DNA from: Heptranchias perlo
Lineage: Eukaryota
Assembly: GCF_035084215.1 (NCBI RefSeq)
Contig: NC_090349.1
Span: 27,962,001-28,026,000, forward strand
Direction of reading: 5' to 3'
DNA length: 64,000 bases
Position 1 is the stretch's first letter; the number at the start of each line of letters is the position of its first letter. The position numbers and the translations under genes are program-made. Shown here piece after piece: positions 13,269-24,875 of this stretch. Below the pieces are notes generated by a model. That model saw nothing but the letters and a program-made list of their open reading frames with translations, ran no database searches and was not told where the DNA came from.

Positions 13269-13890
13269 GTGAGCACACTTATTCTCCTACGCTCCGTCTT
13301 CCACATCACCGCCCCCCACCCCATAAATCCTTCTGAACTGTCAACACTATCACATCACTTCTCACACCCACTCAAACCTCATCCTCAACTTACCTGCACT
13401 TACTCACCTCCACAGTACTCATCCCACCATTACCACTCAACTCAATCCTCATGGCTCTGTCTCATACCCTCTGATGCATCTCTTTTACGGTCAGCCTCAC
13501 CCAACCTGCCACTACCTCTACTGCAGCCACAGGGGCTGCATCACATATGAGTAGTAGGAAGCGTAAGCCAAAGGTTATGTGAGCACAAAGGGGATGCACA
13601 AGGGTGTTTGACGCTTTGTCATGTTTTTTTATTTATATTTGTTTTGTTTTCCATTCACAATAAATCTTATTATCACCACTACTGCCACATCTTGCCCATT
13701 CTTGACTGGCTTGTGCAATAACTCCCTTTCATGAGGTTCATCATGAACACCCACACTTGATGCCACCCATTGGGTCAGTCTACAGTGGCTGTAGGTGTAG
13801 TTGTATGACTATTTTGTGCAGGGGGAGGGGGCTGGTGTGGCCGCTCCTCTGTCCAGGTGGCGAGGACTGGACTCTTCACATTGTCTGATG

Positions 13891-15056
13891 TTAGGAGAAC
13901 CGTTCACATATCAGTGACTCCCTGGCCTCACGAGCAGCCAGATGAGCCGCTGTTCTGCCCATGGGTTGCTCCACCTCCTCAATATGGGTGGCAGATGTGG
14001 ATGGGGCCTCCTCCAGCGGCACCCCTCTCTGTTGTGTCATGTTGAGCAGGGCACAACAGACGACTATGATGCATCCCACTCTGTCAAGTGCATATTGAAG
14101 CGCTCCCCCAGAACGATCAAGGCACCTGAAGCGCATCTTAGCAGCCTATAGCCTGCTCAATGGTAGACCTAGTAGCGATGTGGCTGTCGTTATATCGACG
14201 CTGTTGCTCGGTGGTGGAGTTCCTCAGAGGTCATGAGCCACGTGTGCAGGGGGTATCCCTTGTCCCCGAGGAGCCAGCCCTTGCGGGTGTTGGGTGTGTG
14301 GAAGAGGGGCGGGACGTTGGACTCCCGGAGGATGAAGGAATCGTGGCAGCTGCCAGGGTATCTGGCGCACACGTGAAAGAATCTCTTGCGGTGGTCACAG
14401 ATGACCTGAGTGTTGGAGTGATAGCCCTTCCTGTTGATGAACAGTCCTAGCTCGTGTGGAGGTGCTCATATTGCTACATGGATGCAATCGATTACACCCT
14501 GCACCCATGGGAAGCCAGCCACAGCATGGAATCCGACTGCCTTCTCCATCTGGCTGAGGTCATCCATGGGGAAGTTGATATAGTGCGAGGCCCTGCAAAA
14601 CAAGCTGTCGGTGTCCTGCTTTATGCACTTGTGTGCAGACGACTGAGACCCCGGCAATGTCCCCTGTGGCACTCTGGAAGGATCCGGAGGCGAAGAAGTT
14701 GAGGGCAGTGGTGACTTTGACAGTGACAGGCAAGAAGATGCTGCTCGGGCCAGCCGGGAGCAGCTCGGCATGAAGAAGGCTGCAGATGTCCGCGACTACC
14801 TGGTGACTGACTCTGAGCCTCCGTATGCACTGCTCCTCAGAGAGGTCCAGGAAGCTGAGCCTCGGTCTGTAGACCCTGTGGTGAAGGTAGTGCCTCCTGC
14901 GATGCCGCTCTCTGTTGTTGCCCTCCGTGCTGTTGTGCAGGTGCCTGTGACGCAGCACTGTGTTGTGAAGCTCTATGTGGCAGAGGTGAACGGCGTGCCT
15001 GGTGATGTTGCTCGTCCTCGGATCAAGTGATGAATGCAGCTATGGTGCCCCCCCAT
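13891..15056 (-). pseudogene. Harbinger (HARBI1-like) DDE transposase, frameshifted
   Basis: Pieces in different frames: VTTALNFFASGSFQ, GFPWVQGVIDCIHVAI, ARYPGSCHDSFIL, LLGDKGYPL, MRFRCLDRSGGALQY. Confidence 0.88.
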
Positions 15057-17454
15057 CCTGACGGTGTGAGTTTGAGGGGGTGCACAAAGTAGGTAAGTAT
15101 GTTTGCACAGCAGAGTTTAGGGTATAAATTAATAATTGAGTGTAAAGACAAAGGAGTTGCAGCCAAAACTTTGTCTGAAGTGACAGACTGCCCTGCTGCA
15201 ATAAATGAGGTTTTCCCCCCACCTGTCAAATAATCCTTTGCATCGCCCACTGGCTGCTGGCTGAAACACGTCTGCTTAAACAGGGAGTGTTTCCCACAGC
15301 ATGGGAAACATGCTGAGAATACTTGAAAATTCCACCCGTCAATGAGGTCTAGGACCTCAACTAGGTAAGCAAGTATCTAAATTGTTATCCCGCCGGCTTT
15401 AATTGCTGATGGGAGTCCTGCATGGGGCTGCGCACGCACCCGAGTGCGTTACTGGGCAACCCGGGAGGGAGTGGGTTGGAGCCGGGCTCTGGACCCGCTC
15501 CGGGATTCCCAGATTTTACGAGCCCCCCCCGCCCCCAACACACCCGCTCGGCCTTCCTAAAATCGACCCCAAGGAGTCTGCAAAGGGATATAGATAGGTT
15601 AAGTGAGTGGGCAAAAATTTGGCAGATGGAGTATAATGTGGGGAAATATGAACTCGTCCACTTTGGCAGGAGGAATAGAAAAGCAGTATATTATTTAAAT
15701 GGAGAGAGATTGCAGAACTCTGAGGTACAGAGGGATCTGGATGTCCTAGTACATGAATCACAAGTTAGTATGCAGGTACAGTAAGTGATTAGGAAGGCAA
15801 ATGGAATGTTGTCATTTATTGCAAGGGGAATGGAATATAAAAGTAGAGATGTTTTGCTACAGTTGTACAGGGCATTGGTGAGACCACATCTGGAATACTG
15901 TGTGCAGTTTTGGTCTCCTTATTTAAGAAAGGACATAATTGCTTTAGAGGCAGTTCAGAGAAGGTTCACTGAGGGGACAGGTTGGGCCTGTGTACATTGG
16001 AGTTTAGAAGAATGAGAGGTGATCGTTTGAAACATATAAGATCCTGAGGGGACTAGAAGGGGTGGTGCTGAGAGGATGTTTCCCTTTGTGGGAGAGACTA
16101 GAACTAAGTGCCACAGTTTAAAAATAAGGGGTCTCCCATTTAAGACGGAGATGAGGAGAATTTTTTTCTTTCAGAGGGTCATGAGTCTGTGGAACTCCCT
16201 TCCTCAGACAGCGGTGGAGGCAGGGTCATTGAATATTTTTAAGGCTGAGTTAGATAGATTCCTGATTAACAAGGGAGTCAAAGGTTATAGTAGGTAGACA
16301 GGAAAATAGGGGTGAGGTCACAATTAGATCAGCCATGACCTTATCAAATGGCAGAACAGGCTCGAGGGGCCGAATGGCCTACTCCTGCTCTTAATTCGTA
16401 TGTTCATATGTAACAGCAGCACCACAGCAGTAATAACTTTGAGGATGCAGTTTAATATCACAACCAACCTAGAAACAAGTCAACTGCACATATCAGTGCT
16501 GAATCATGGATAACTCATAATGCAGATCCTTTATGCTGTTGCTCTTACGGTTATCAGTGCTGACGCCAGCATAATCAAAACACTGCCACTTCACTTGTCC
16601 CGGTGTGCCAACTTGAAGCACACTTTGAACTTTTCCTGGAAACACAGTTGTACGGGCTCAGTAGTGCTCAGAATTTTGAATGAGACTGGAGCATTCAATG
16701 TTTACTTCACCAGCTGCACACATACAGCAGCCTTGCTACTGGTGACAGCCTATCAGCTATAGCATGAGAGGAGGGTTGAAATCATGCTGATGTTGACTGG
16801 ACCACTTTCACAGTCTATCAGCTGCTGGTGTTAGACTGGAGCTGATTCAGTGCTCGGAGGGAATGAGAGCAAGTGATCAGGGTATTGATCGGCTATCGGT
16901 AAATTTGGTCCCAGGTTGCTGTTATGATGCCATTAGATTTCCTAAAATGCAAGTTTGAATTAATTGAGACAAATTAATGTTGACTTATGGGAGGGCCCTT
17001 CAAATAGAAATGAACAGAAATACTTATTTTAAAACATATTTGAACATACCCTAGCAGCTAAATACTGAGCAGCAGCTGGAGCGATCAAGACATTTAATTT
17101 GACAGTAACATAACTGCTACTGCAGTTTAAAGTAGCGTCAGTTGGACCTATATAAAAATAAAGCCTAGCCCATTGCTAACCCTAGAACTCACACTGTTGT
17201 ACTGGGCATTTCCCTGGGGTTGACCGCTCTGCACTACAACCTTGAGTATTCAGGGGTGGGAAGGGTTTGATGACAGAACGTGTTGAGCCTCACCAGAAGT
17301 TTCAAGAACCAGGATGCCGCTGTGAGCGAGCAAAGAAAGTCCACAGCTACGTGCAAACTACAGGCACAATGCGCAAACTCTACTTCCCTATTTGCCCCAG
17401 GGTTGGTCACAGTCGTGCCCAGGAGATTAATCTTTCATTCCTGGAGACTGCAAA

Positions 17455-18012
17455 AATGAAAGCGCATGGAATTGGGGGCAACCTTGTGTAATGGGTTGGA
17501 AATTGGTTGGGATGTAGGAGACAGCAAGGATAAAGGGAATGTACTCTGATTGGCAGGATGTGACAAGTGGTGTTCCCCAGGAATTTGTACTGGGGCCTCA
17601 GCTTTTCACCATATATATCAATGACTTGGATGAAGGAATAAAGAGTTGTACATGCAAGTTTGCAGATAACATTAAATTAGGAGGGATAGTAAATAGTGCA
17701 GACAGGAGCAGGAAGTTACAAATGGGCATAAGCAGATTGGGTGATGGGCAAAACTCTGGCTAATGGAGTTCAATACAGGGAAGTGTGAAGTCATCCACTT
17801 TGGATCCAAGAAAGACATCAGTATTTTCTTAGTGGTGAGAAACGAGAAGCTCTGGAGGAGCAGAGAGATTTGGGTGTCCATGTATAAAGAAATCAAAAAG
17901 GCTAATGGAATATTGGCCTGTATTTCAAGGGAGCTGAAATGCAAAGGGCAGGAAGTTATTCTGGAGAGGCTTGGTCAGACCCCATCTGGAGTACTGCATT
18001 CTGTCCTGGGCC
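17455..18012 (+). mobile_element. CR1 LINE RT fragment
   Basis: VTSGVPQEFVLGPQLFTIYINDLD, KFADNIKLGG, MEFNTGKCEVIHFG. Confidence 0.85.
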
Positions 18013-18464
18013 TACATTTCTTTCCCTATGGAAAGAGCAAAGCAGGATGAGAGCATGCACTTGGCTTCACTTGCATGGCAGGTTTCCCCAGGGTACTAGG
18101 TGCCATAGATTGCAGTCACATCGCCTTGCATGCATCCCATCACCATCCTGGCATCTTTCTGAATAAGGGATTCCACTCCCTAATTATGTAGCTGGTTTAT
18201 GACCACAGACAGCATTCATATGGATCTGTGGCTGGTTTCCTAGCAGCAGTTGCAGTTCAATCACCCTGTGCCAGTCCTCTGTACTGTTTTTATTCCAACC
18301 AGGTTACAGGCTGCTATTGGGTGAGAACACCTATCCCCTTCAGACTGGGCTCAAGTCACCTGTCATGATTCCAAGCAGAGCTGGCCTACAAGTCATTTAA
18401 ATGTTCCCCATGGGTTTGAGTGGGGGGGGGGGGGGGGGAGACACAGAAACAGAATAGTGTGAGC

Positions 18465-18865
18465 ATGCTTCAGTTGGTAATGCTCGTGCCTCAAGAGGTT
18501 ATGGGTTCAAGCCCCATTTCAGGGCTTGAGTACCTAATCTAAGCTGACACTTCAGAGAGTACTGAATGCTGCACAGTTAGCAGTGCCATCTTTTTGATGA
18601 GACATTAAACAGAGACCCTGTCTGCCTGTTCAGGTGGACATAAAAGATCCTAAGGCACTATATGAAGAGGAATGGGGGAACTGTTCCTGGGTAATGTTTG
18701 TCCTTCAATTAACACCAAACAGATTGTGATTTCTCCAATTGGTACGTTGGGGTTTGGCTGCCACCTTTGCTTTCTAACTACACTTAAAAAGTAATTCATT
18801 GGCTGTGAAGCACGTTGAGAAAGCCCAAGACTGTGAAAATTGCTGAATAAATGCTAGTTCCTACT
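18465..18865 (+). mobile_element. tRNA-derived DeuSINE (SacSINE1-like) with L2-type tail
   Basis: A/B-box-like head (CAGTTGGTA...GGTTCAAGCCC); Deu-domain-like GATGAGACATTAAACAGAGACCCTGTCTGCCTGTTCAGGTGGACATAAAAGATCC; tail TTCATTGGCTGTGAAGCAC...ATAAATGC. Family recognised from memory. Confidence 0.7.
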
Positions 18866-19525
18866 TTCCTTTCTAGTGACTCTCCCCACACTGGTGGGGA
18901 GATGAGTCATAGGAGAAAGGATTGAACCTTCAGACGAGGACAATGACACACCAGAACTGTGCCAATTACAACATTGCCAACAGGGTGTCTGAGCAATGAT
19001 CCAGATGAAGGATCATTAAAAGTCACAGAGAAAGCACCGACCTGAAGGATCAATAAAAGGCAGAGAGAGTAGTGAAAGCAAAAAAAAACAAAAAGTGATG
19101 TCAGAGAGAAGCAGCAAGGGTAAGTCAGTGTAAGTGTTTAGATTACTGGCAAGTATTTTTAGTGGTTATAGTGTTTAGTCTGTTAGTTTAAACTAACAGA
19201 CTAAACACTTTAAGTAGATTAATCTGATCAATTTAAAAATCTAAACAAAACCAAGTCAATTAGTTACATAAAAACTGTTTAATTAAATATGTAAAACAAG
19301 GTTAGATAGAGATGGCAGGACAGGTGGTGTGTCGTAACAGCAGCACGCGGGAGTTGTTGGAGACCAGCGAGATCCCGAGTAACCACAACTCCAGTAAGTG
19401 TCTGCAGCTCGAGGAACTTTGGCTCAGTTATTGAGCTAGAGTCAGAGGTGCAGACCTTGCAATGCATCAGGGAGGGAGAAGAATTATCTGGACACTGATC
19501 CAGGAGGCAGTCACACCTCTTAAGT

Positions 19526-19811
19526 TAGCCTTCCCGCCATTGTAAACCGAGGGGCTGCAATCAGGGGAAACCCTACCCCGGGCAGAATGTAAAATTCAAA
19601 TTGATGTAATGTAGCTGTAATCAATAATCTTAATTGAGTGTAATGCAATGAGACACCCTGAGTGTCATGAACTGTAATTATGTACAACGTGTCCATTGAA
19701 CTGGACTTACATAACCTGCAAATTGTATAATCTATTGTGTACATTTGGAATATGATATAACAACTGTATTGCTGCAAATTTTATGAATAAAGTATATTTT
19801 AAGAAAAAAAA
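19526..19811 (+). mobile_element. Tx1/L1-clade 3' UTR with A-tail (tail A)
   Basis: Ends TTATGAATAAAGTATATTTTAAGAAAAAAAA; shares GCAATGAG..CACCC..GAGTGTCATGAACTGTA and the terminal 20-mer with tail B. Confidence 0.65.
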
Positions 19812-19936
19812 GGTTCTCCCAGGACAAGGCTAGCCCATTGCACTTCGGATGTGCTGACGCCTGCGCTGTCCCCAAACACGGGATACTCGACTGCAAAATA
19901 TGTGGTAGTGGGGGATTGTGTTCGCGCTCGCCCCGG
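19812..19936 (+). ncRNA. RNU1: U1 snRNA-derived sequence, nt 40-164, 5'-truncated pseudogene
   Basis: Colinear without indels with human U1 as recalled (about 104/125 matches by hand); U1A loop ATTGCAC intact; Sm site altered to AATATGTG; stem-loop IV present; 5' splice-site-pairing end and stem-loop I loop absent. Confidence 0.92.
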
Positions 19937-20150
19937 TTTACAACTAAAAACAGAAATAATACGCGCTCTGTGTGGTGAGTTTTTTTTTAAAGCTCAACTT
20001 CCAAGCTCTAATCACTGTCTATCCGAGCGATCAGCGCTAAGGACTTGCTGGCCGATTAATAGTGGTGTTCGTCGTTTGCGTCCCGTTAGTTTTTCAGCAA
20101 AATACCTAGCAACCCTTAGATATTAAAGCATTTCCAGGACTGGATACCGA

Positions 20151-20434
20151 GATGCAGCTGCCGCAAAAACTCGATGGGGAAAGGCCACAGTATAGGACAC
20201 TCTCGCCATCGTACGCGGAGGGACTAGCAACCAAAAAAAACTCCTCGTAATGAATGTGTAATGACTATAATTGATGTACTGTAACTAATCTGTACTGATT
20301 ACAAGTGCAATGAGGCACCCTGGAGTGTCATGAACTGTATTTATCATGTATGACCTGTAGTTGTATTGTGATAGTTGCATTGTACTGATTACCTTTACAA
20401 ATGTTATGAATAAAGTATATTTTTGAAATATAAA
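20151..20434 (+). mobile_element. Tx1/L1-clade ORF2 C-terminus and 3' UTR (tail B)
   Basis: DAAAAKTRWGKATV* (stop 20193-20195), then a UTR ending TTATGAATAAAGTATATTTTTGAAATATAAA. Confidence 0.65.
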
Positions 20435-21783
20435 TAAGTAGTTTAGATTTGGGCAGTGGTCAGGGACAGGATATGACTGCAAGTCAGGCAGGCATGGAGA
20501 CCCAGGATGTAGTAATGGAGGAGCCTCAGCCTTTGACCTTGTCCAACAGGTATGAGGTACTTGCTACCTGTATGGATGAGATCAAAGACCACAGGGAGGA
20601 TGGGCAAACTGATTACAGCACTGTGGTACAAGAGGCCATTCAAAAAGGAGGTGGAAAAAAAAAGGGACATGGTAGGGGACTGTTCTCTGCAACTGCACCC
20701 AGGCATCCCAAGCCTGTGTTACCTGCCTGGTGCCAGGGTTAAGGAGATCCTCTTGCAGCTGGAAGAACTTGGAGCATTGGGGAGGGTGGGAAGGATCCAG
20801 TTATCATGGTCCACGTAGGAATCAATATCATAGGTAGATCTAGGAATGAGGTTCTGCTGAGGGAGTTTGAGGAGCTAGGGTTCAAATTAAAAATCAGAAC
20901 CTCAAAAAAAGTCATCTCTGGATTACTACCTGAGCCATGTGCAAGTTGGCATAGGGACAAACAGATTAGATGGTTAAGTGTGTGGCTCAAAGAGTGGTTT
21001 GGGAAGCAGGGGTTTTGATTCAAGGAACACTAGCACTAGTACTGGAGAAAGAAGGAGCTGTTCTGTTGTGATGGGCTCCACTTAAATGGGGCTGGAACCA
21101 GTGTCCTGGAGGATCAAATAACTAGGGCTTTAAAAAAAAATGGGGTGGGGGTTCAGGCAAGGGTAATTTTATTAGTCAAGAGAAAAGTCAAAGCTGTAGA
21201 GCAGAGTAGCAATTTGGGTAAAAACAAGCAGAGTGTTTCAGGAAGGAACAGAGTGCAACAAAAGGTAATAGGGCATTAGTGACTAAGGTCACATCAGGGA
21301 AAAAAGTAAAAAGTCAAAATTAAAGGCACTGTATCTGAATGCACAAAGCATTTGTAACAAGATAGATGAATTAATGGCACAAAGATAAATGGGTTTGATC
21401 TAGTAGCCATTACTGATGTGTGGTTGCAAGGTGACCAAGGTTGGGCACTAAATATTGCAGGGTACTTGACTGTTCGAAAAGATAAGCAAAATGGAAAGGG
21501 GGGAATGCCCTGATAATAAAGGATGAGATTAAAAAGACAGTAGTGAGATGAGATCTTAGCTCAAAATAAGGATGTAGAATCAGTATGGGCAGAAAACACT
21601 TAAGGGTCAGTAAACTACTCCCACACCAGTAGTTAGTTAGTGTTGGACAGTCTAAATCAGGAAATTAGAGGAACATGCAAGGGTAATGCAAATCATGGGA
21701 CTTGAATTTCTGTAGGAAACCAAATTGGCAAGAGTAGTTTGGAGGACATGTTCATGGAATGCATCTGAGAGTTTTCTAGAATA

Positions 21784-21891
21784 TAGAGTCATAGTCATAC
21801 AGCACGGATAGAGGCCCTTTGGCCCATCGTGTCCGCGCCGGCCATCAGCCCTGTCTACTCTAATCCCATATTCCAGCATTTGGTCCGTAGC
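21784..21891 (-). mobile_element. Short CR1-type 3' end inserted antisense in the long CR1
   Basis: CATAGTCATACAGCACGG...GGCCCTTTGGCCCATCG is the reverse of a CR1-type tail; it interrupts otherwise colinear CR1 sequence and retains CpGs. Confidence 0.65.
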
Positions 21892-23864
21892 CTATATGTT
21901 GAAGAACCAACTAGGGAACAGGCTATTTTAGATCTAGTATTGTGTACTTATAATTAAAGGATCTGGGGAAGGTGTGTGGGGGGGGGGGGGGGGGTGAAGA
22001 AGAGAAAGGAAGAGAGGAGAAGGAAAGGAAGCAGCATGATCATATGATGGAATTTCACATGAAATTCTGAGTGATGTAGTTAAGTCCAAAACTAGGGTCT
22101 TTGATTTTAAAGGCGGCCAATTATGTAGGTATGAGGAGGCTAAGGTAGATTGAGAAGTTAGATTAAAAGATAATGGGAAACATTTAAAGAAATAATTCAT
22201 AATTCCCAACAAATATACATACCCTTGAGGAATAAAAACCTCAATGGGAAGTGATCCAACCATAACTAGAGAAAGCAGGGATAGTATTAGAATAAAAGGC
22301 TTACAATGTTGCCAAAAAGAGAGGCTTGGAGGATTTAAAAAACCAAAAAATGATAACCAAGAAATTGACAGGACAAAAATTGAAGAGTAAACAGCAGGAA
22401 ATGCAAACCCAGATTGGACGAGCTTCTACAAGTAAATATGGATCCCTTAGAGGCAGACACAGGAGAAATTATAATGGGGAATAAGGAAATGGCAGAGACG
22501 TTAACAAATTTTATTTCTGTCTTCAGAGTAAAAAGACAAAACATGCTGAAAATAAATGGGGAACCAAGGGTGTAATGAGGGGGAGGAACAAAGTGATTAA
22601 GATTAGTAAAGTATTAGAAAAATTAATGGGACTAAAAGCCAATAAATTCCATGGACCCAATGGCCTACATCCTAGGGTTTTAAAAGAGGTGGCTGCAGAG
22701 ATAGTGGATGCATTGGTTTGATCTAGAATAAGTCTCTGGATTGGAGGGTAGTAAATGTAACCACTATTCTAGAAAGGGAACTATAGGCCAGTTAGCCTGA
22801 CATTAGTAGGGAAAATGCTAGAATCTATTAAGGATGTAGTAACAGGGTATTTAGAAAATCACAATTACAGTCAACATGGTTTTATGAAAGGGAAAGTGTT
22901 TGACAAAAGTTGAGGGTGTAACTAGCAGGGTAGAAGGGGAGGGGTAGAGAAACAGAAGATGTAGCATATTTGGATTTTCAAATGGCATTCAATAAAGTGC
23001 CACACAAGATTAGGGAACATGGGACTGGGGGTAATATATTAGCATGGATTGAGGATTGGTTAACAGGTCATTTTTGGATTGGCAGGTTGTAACTAGTGGG
23101 GTGCTGCAAGGATTGGTGCATGGGCCTCAGCTATTTACAATCTATAGTAATGACTTAGATTGAAGGGACCAATGTATCCAAGTTTGCTGACAATATAAAG
23201 CTAGGTGGGAAAATAAGCTGTGAGGAGGACAGAGTCTGCAAAGGGATATAGACAGGTTAAGTGAGTGGACAAGGTGGCTGATGGAGTATACTGTGGGAAA
23301 TCAGGTTATTCACTGATAGCAAGAATAGAAAAACAATTTAAGAATGTTGGGTGTCCTTTTACATGACAGGAAGTTAACATGCAGGTACGGCAAGCAATTA
23401 GGAAGGCAAATGGTATGTTGGCCTTTATTGCAAGGGGGTTGAAGTACAATAAGGAAGTCTTGCTGCAATTGTACAGGGCTGGAGAGACCACACCTGGAGT
23501 ACTGTACAGTTTTGGTCTGGAAGGAGATACTTGCCTTAGAGGCAATGCAACAAAGCTTCAATAGATTGATTCATGGGATGAGGGTTGTCCTATAGAAGAG
23601 ATTGGGCCTATCCTCAAGTTTAGGAAAATGTGATCTCATTGAAACAAGATAGAGGGGAATTTTGCCCTTCACTAGTGATCATAGATTCCAGGATGCTGCC
23701 AAACCCTGGATCACCCACCCCTTCAAAATACTGAAAGACTTGAAATCCCCATCCCAGTGCTCCTGGAATCCAAGGCCACCCCCACTGCTGATAAGTCAGT
23801 GTCCCTGGTAATACTTTGCACAACACCCCTATCTTTTGAAGAGGTGACTCCAGTGTACAGGGGG

Positions 23865-24875
23865 ATGTCTATATGGACTTTAAGACATTTGATAAAGTCC
23901 CTCATAAAAAAAGAGATGGTTATCTAAAGTTGAATCTAATGGAATTGAAGCTGGTTAGGAAATTGGCTGAGCAGGAGACAGTGTAGGGATAATGGGCAGG
24001 TTCTCAATGGCAGGATGTGATTAGTGATGTCCCACAGGGATCTGTGTTGGGGCCTCAACCATTCACTATTAATGACTTAGATGGGATAGAGCACCACAAA
24101 TCCAAGTTTGCCAATGCCAGGTAGCATTGTAAGCATTAAATTACAGCTAGATTAAGTGAACTTGCCACAGTTTTTCCCTTGGATTTCAGTGTAGGCAAGT
24201 GTGAGGTCATTCAAGGATAGATCAGAGTACTTTCTAAATGGTGAAAAAGTAACAGTGGAGGTCTAGAGTCTACTAATTAAAAATGTCAGATGGGTACAGA
24301 AAAATCAAAAAGGCTAATGGAATGCTGGCCTTAATATCTAGAAGACTAAAATACAAGGGGATAGAAGTTATGCTACAGCTAAAGAGCTCTGGTTCGACCA
24401 CACCTGGAATATTTGCGTTCAGTTCTGGGCACTGCACCTTAGACCAATATATCCTTCCTTTGAGCGAGTTCAGATTTACTAGAATGATACCTGTATTCCA
24501 AGGGTTAAATTACAAATGAGAGATTATACAAACCAGGGTTGTATTCCCTGGAATTAAGATTAAGGAGTGATTTGATCAAAGTTTAAGATATTAGGGGGAA
24601 CTGAAGGTAGAGAAACAATTTCTGCTGGTTGGAGAGTCTAGGAGACAGCCTAAAAATGAGAGCCAGGACTTGAGTAAAGTTAGGAAACATTTTTACATGT
24701 AATGTGGGGAACTGGCAGAAGATGTTAGCTCAATTCATTTTAAATCTGAGATTGATAGATTTTTGTTAATTAGATGGTATTAAGGGATATGGGACTAAGG
24801 AGTTGGCTCACAGATCAGCCATAATCTCTGAATGGTGGAACAGGCTTGAGGGGCTAAATGGCCTACTCCTTATTC
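23865..24875 (+). mobile_element. Second CR1 3' fragment (duplicated at ~38563-39585)
   Basis: DVYMDF..FDKVP, VPQGSVLGP and KKANGMLA remnants; tail CTAAATGGCCTACTCCT. Confidence 0.8.

Larger units (their letters stand above)
12784..15570. mobile_element. PIF/Harbinger DNA transposon, 2787 bp, defective
   Basis: 3-bp TSD AAG (12781-12783 / 15571-15573); removing the element restores the CR1 sequence; imperfect ends GGCCCTGATATT / AAAATCGACCCC; convergent Myb/SANT and transposase genes. Confidence 0.9.
12696..16411 (+). mobile_element. CR1 LINE 3' fragment split by a Harbinger insertion (12696-12783 and 15571-16411)
   Basis: IAKFADGTKVGRKVSC before the insert continues as RSLQRDIDRLSEWAKIWQMEYNVGK after it; LVRPHLEYCVQFWSP; tail ACTCCTGCTCTTAATTCGTATGTTCATATG. 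Confidence 0.9.
19050..23650 (+). mobile_element. Long degenerate CR1 LINE (5' region, ORF1 with esterase-like domain, ORF2) with nested insertions
   Basis: ORF1 start MAGQVVC...KCLQLEEL at 19312; esterase-like MVHVGINIIG...KVISGLLP; endonuclease start LYLNAQSICNKIDEL at ~21330; RT remnants to ~23650. 5' boundary approximate. Confidence 0.85.

Noticed and set aside
12891-13550. 219-aa ORF as a host MSANTD-like gene
   Set aside because: Lies inside a TSD-bounded Harbinger element; the C-terminal half is read-through past a splice donor.
18421-18440. Poly-G runs (also ~21978 and ~32698) as functional G-quadruplexes
   Set aside because: Simple homopolymers in or near repeats, with length differing between the duplicate copies; no supporting context.
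19812-19936. Functional U1 snRNA gene
   Set aside because: Lacks nt 1-39 (5' splice-site pairing end and U1-70K loop), has an altered Sm site, and has a LINE tail where the promoter should be.
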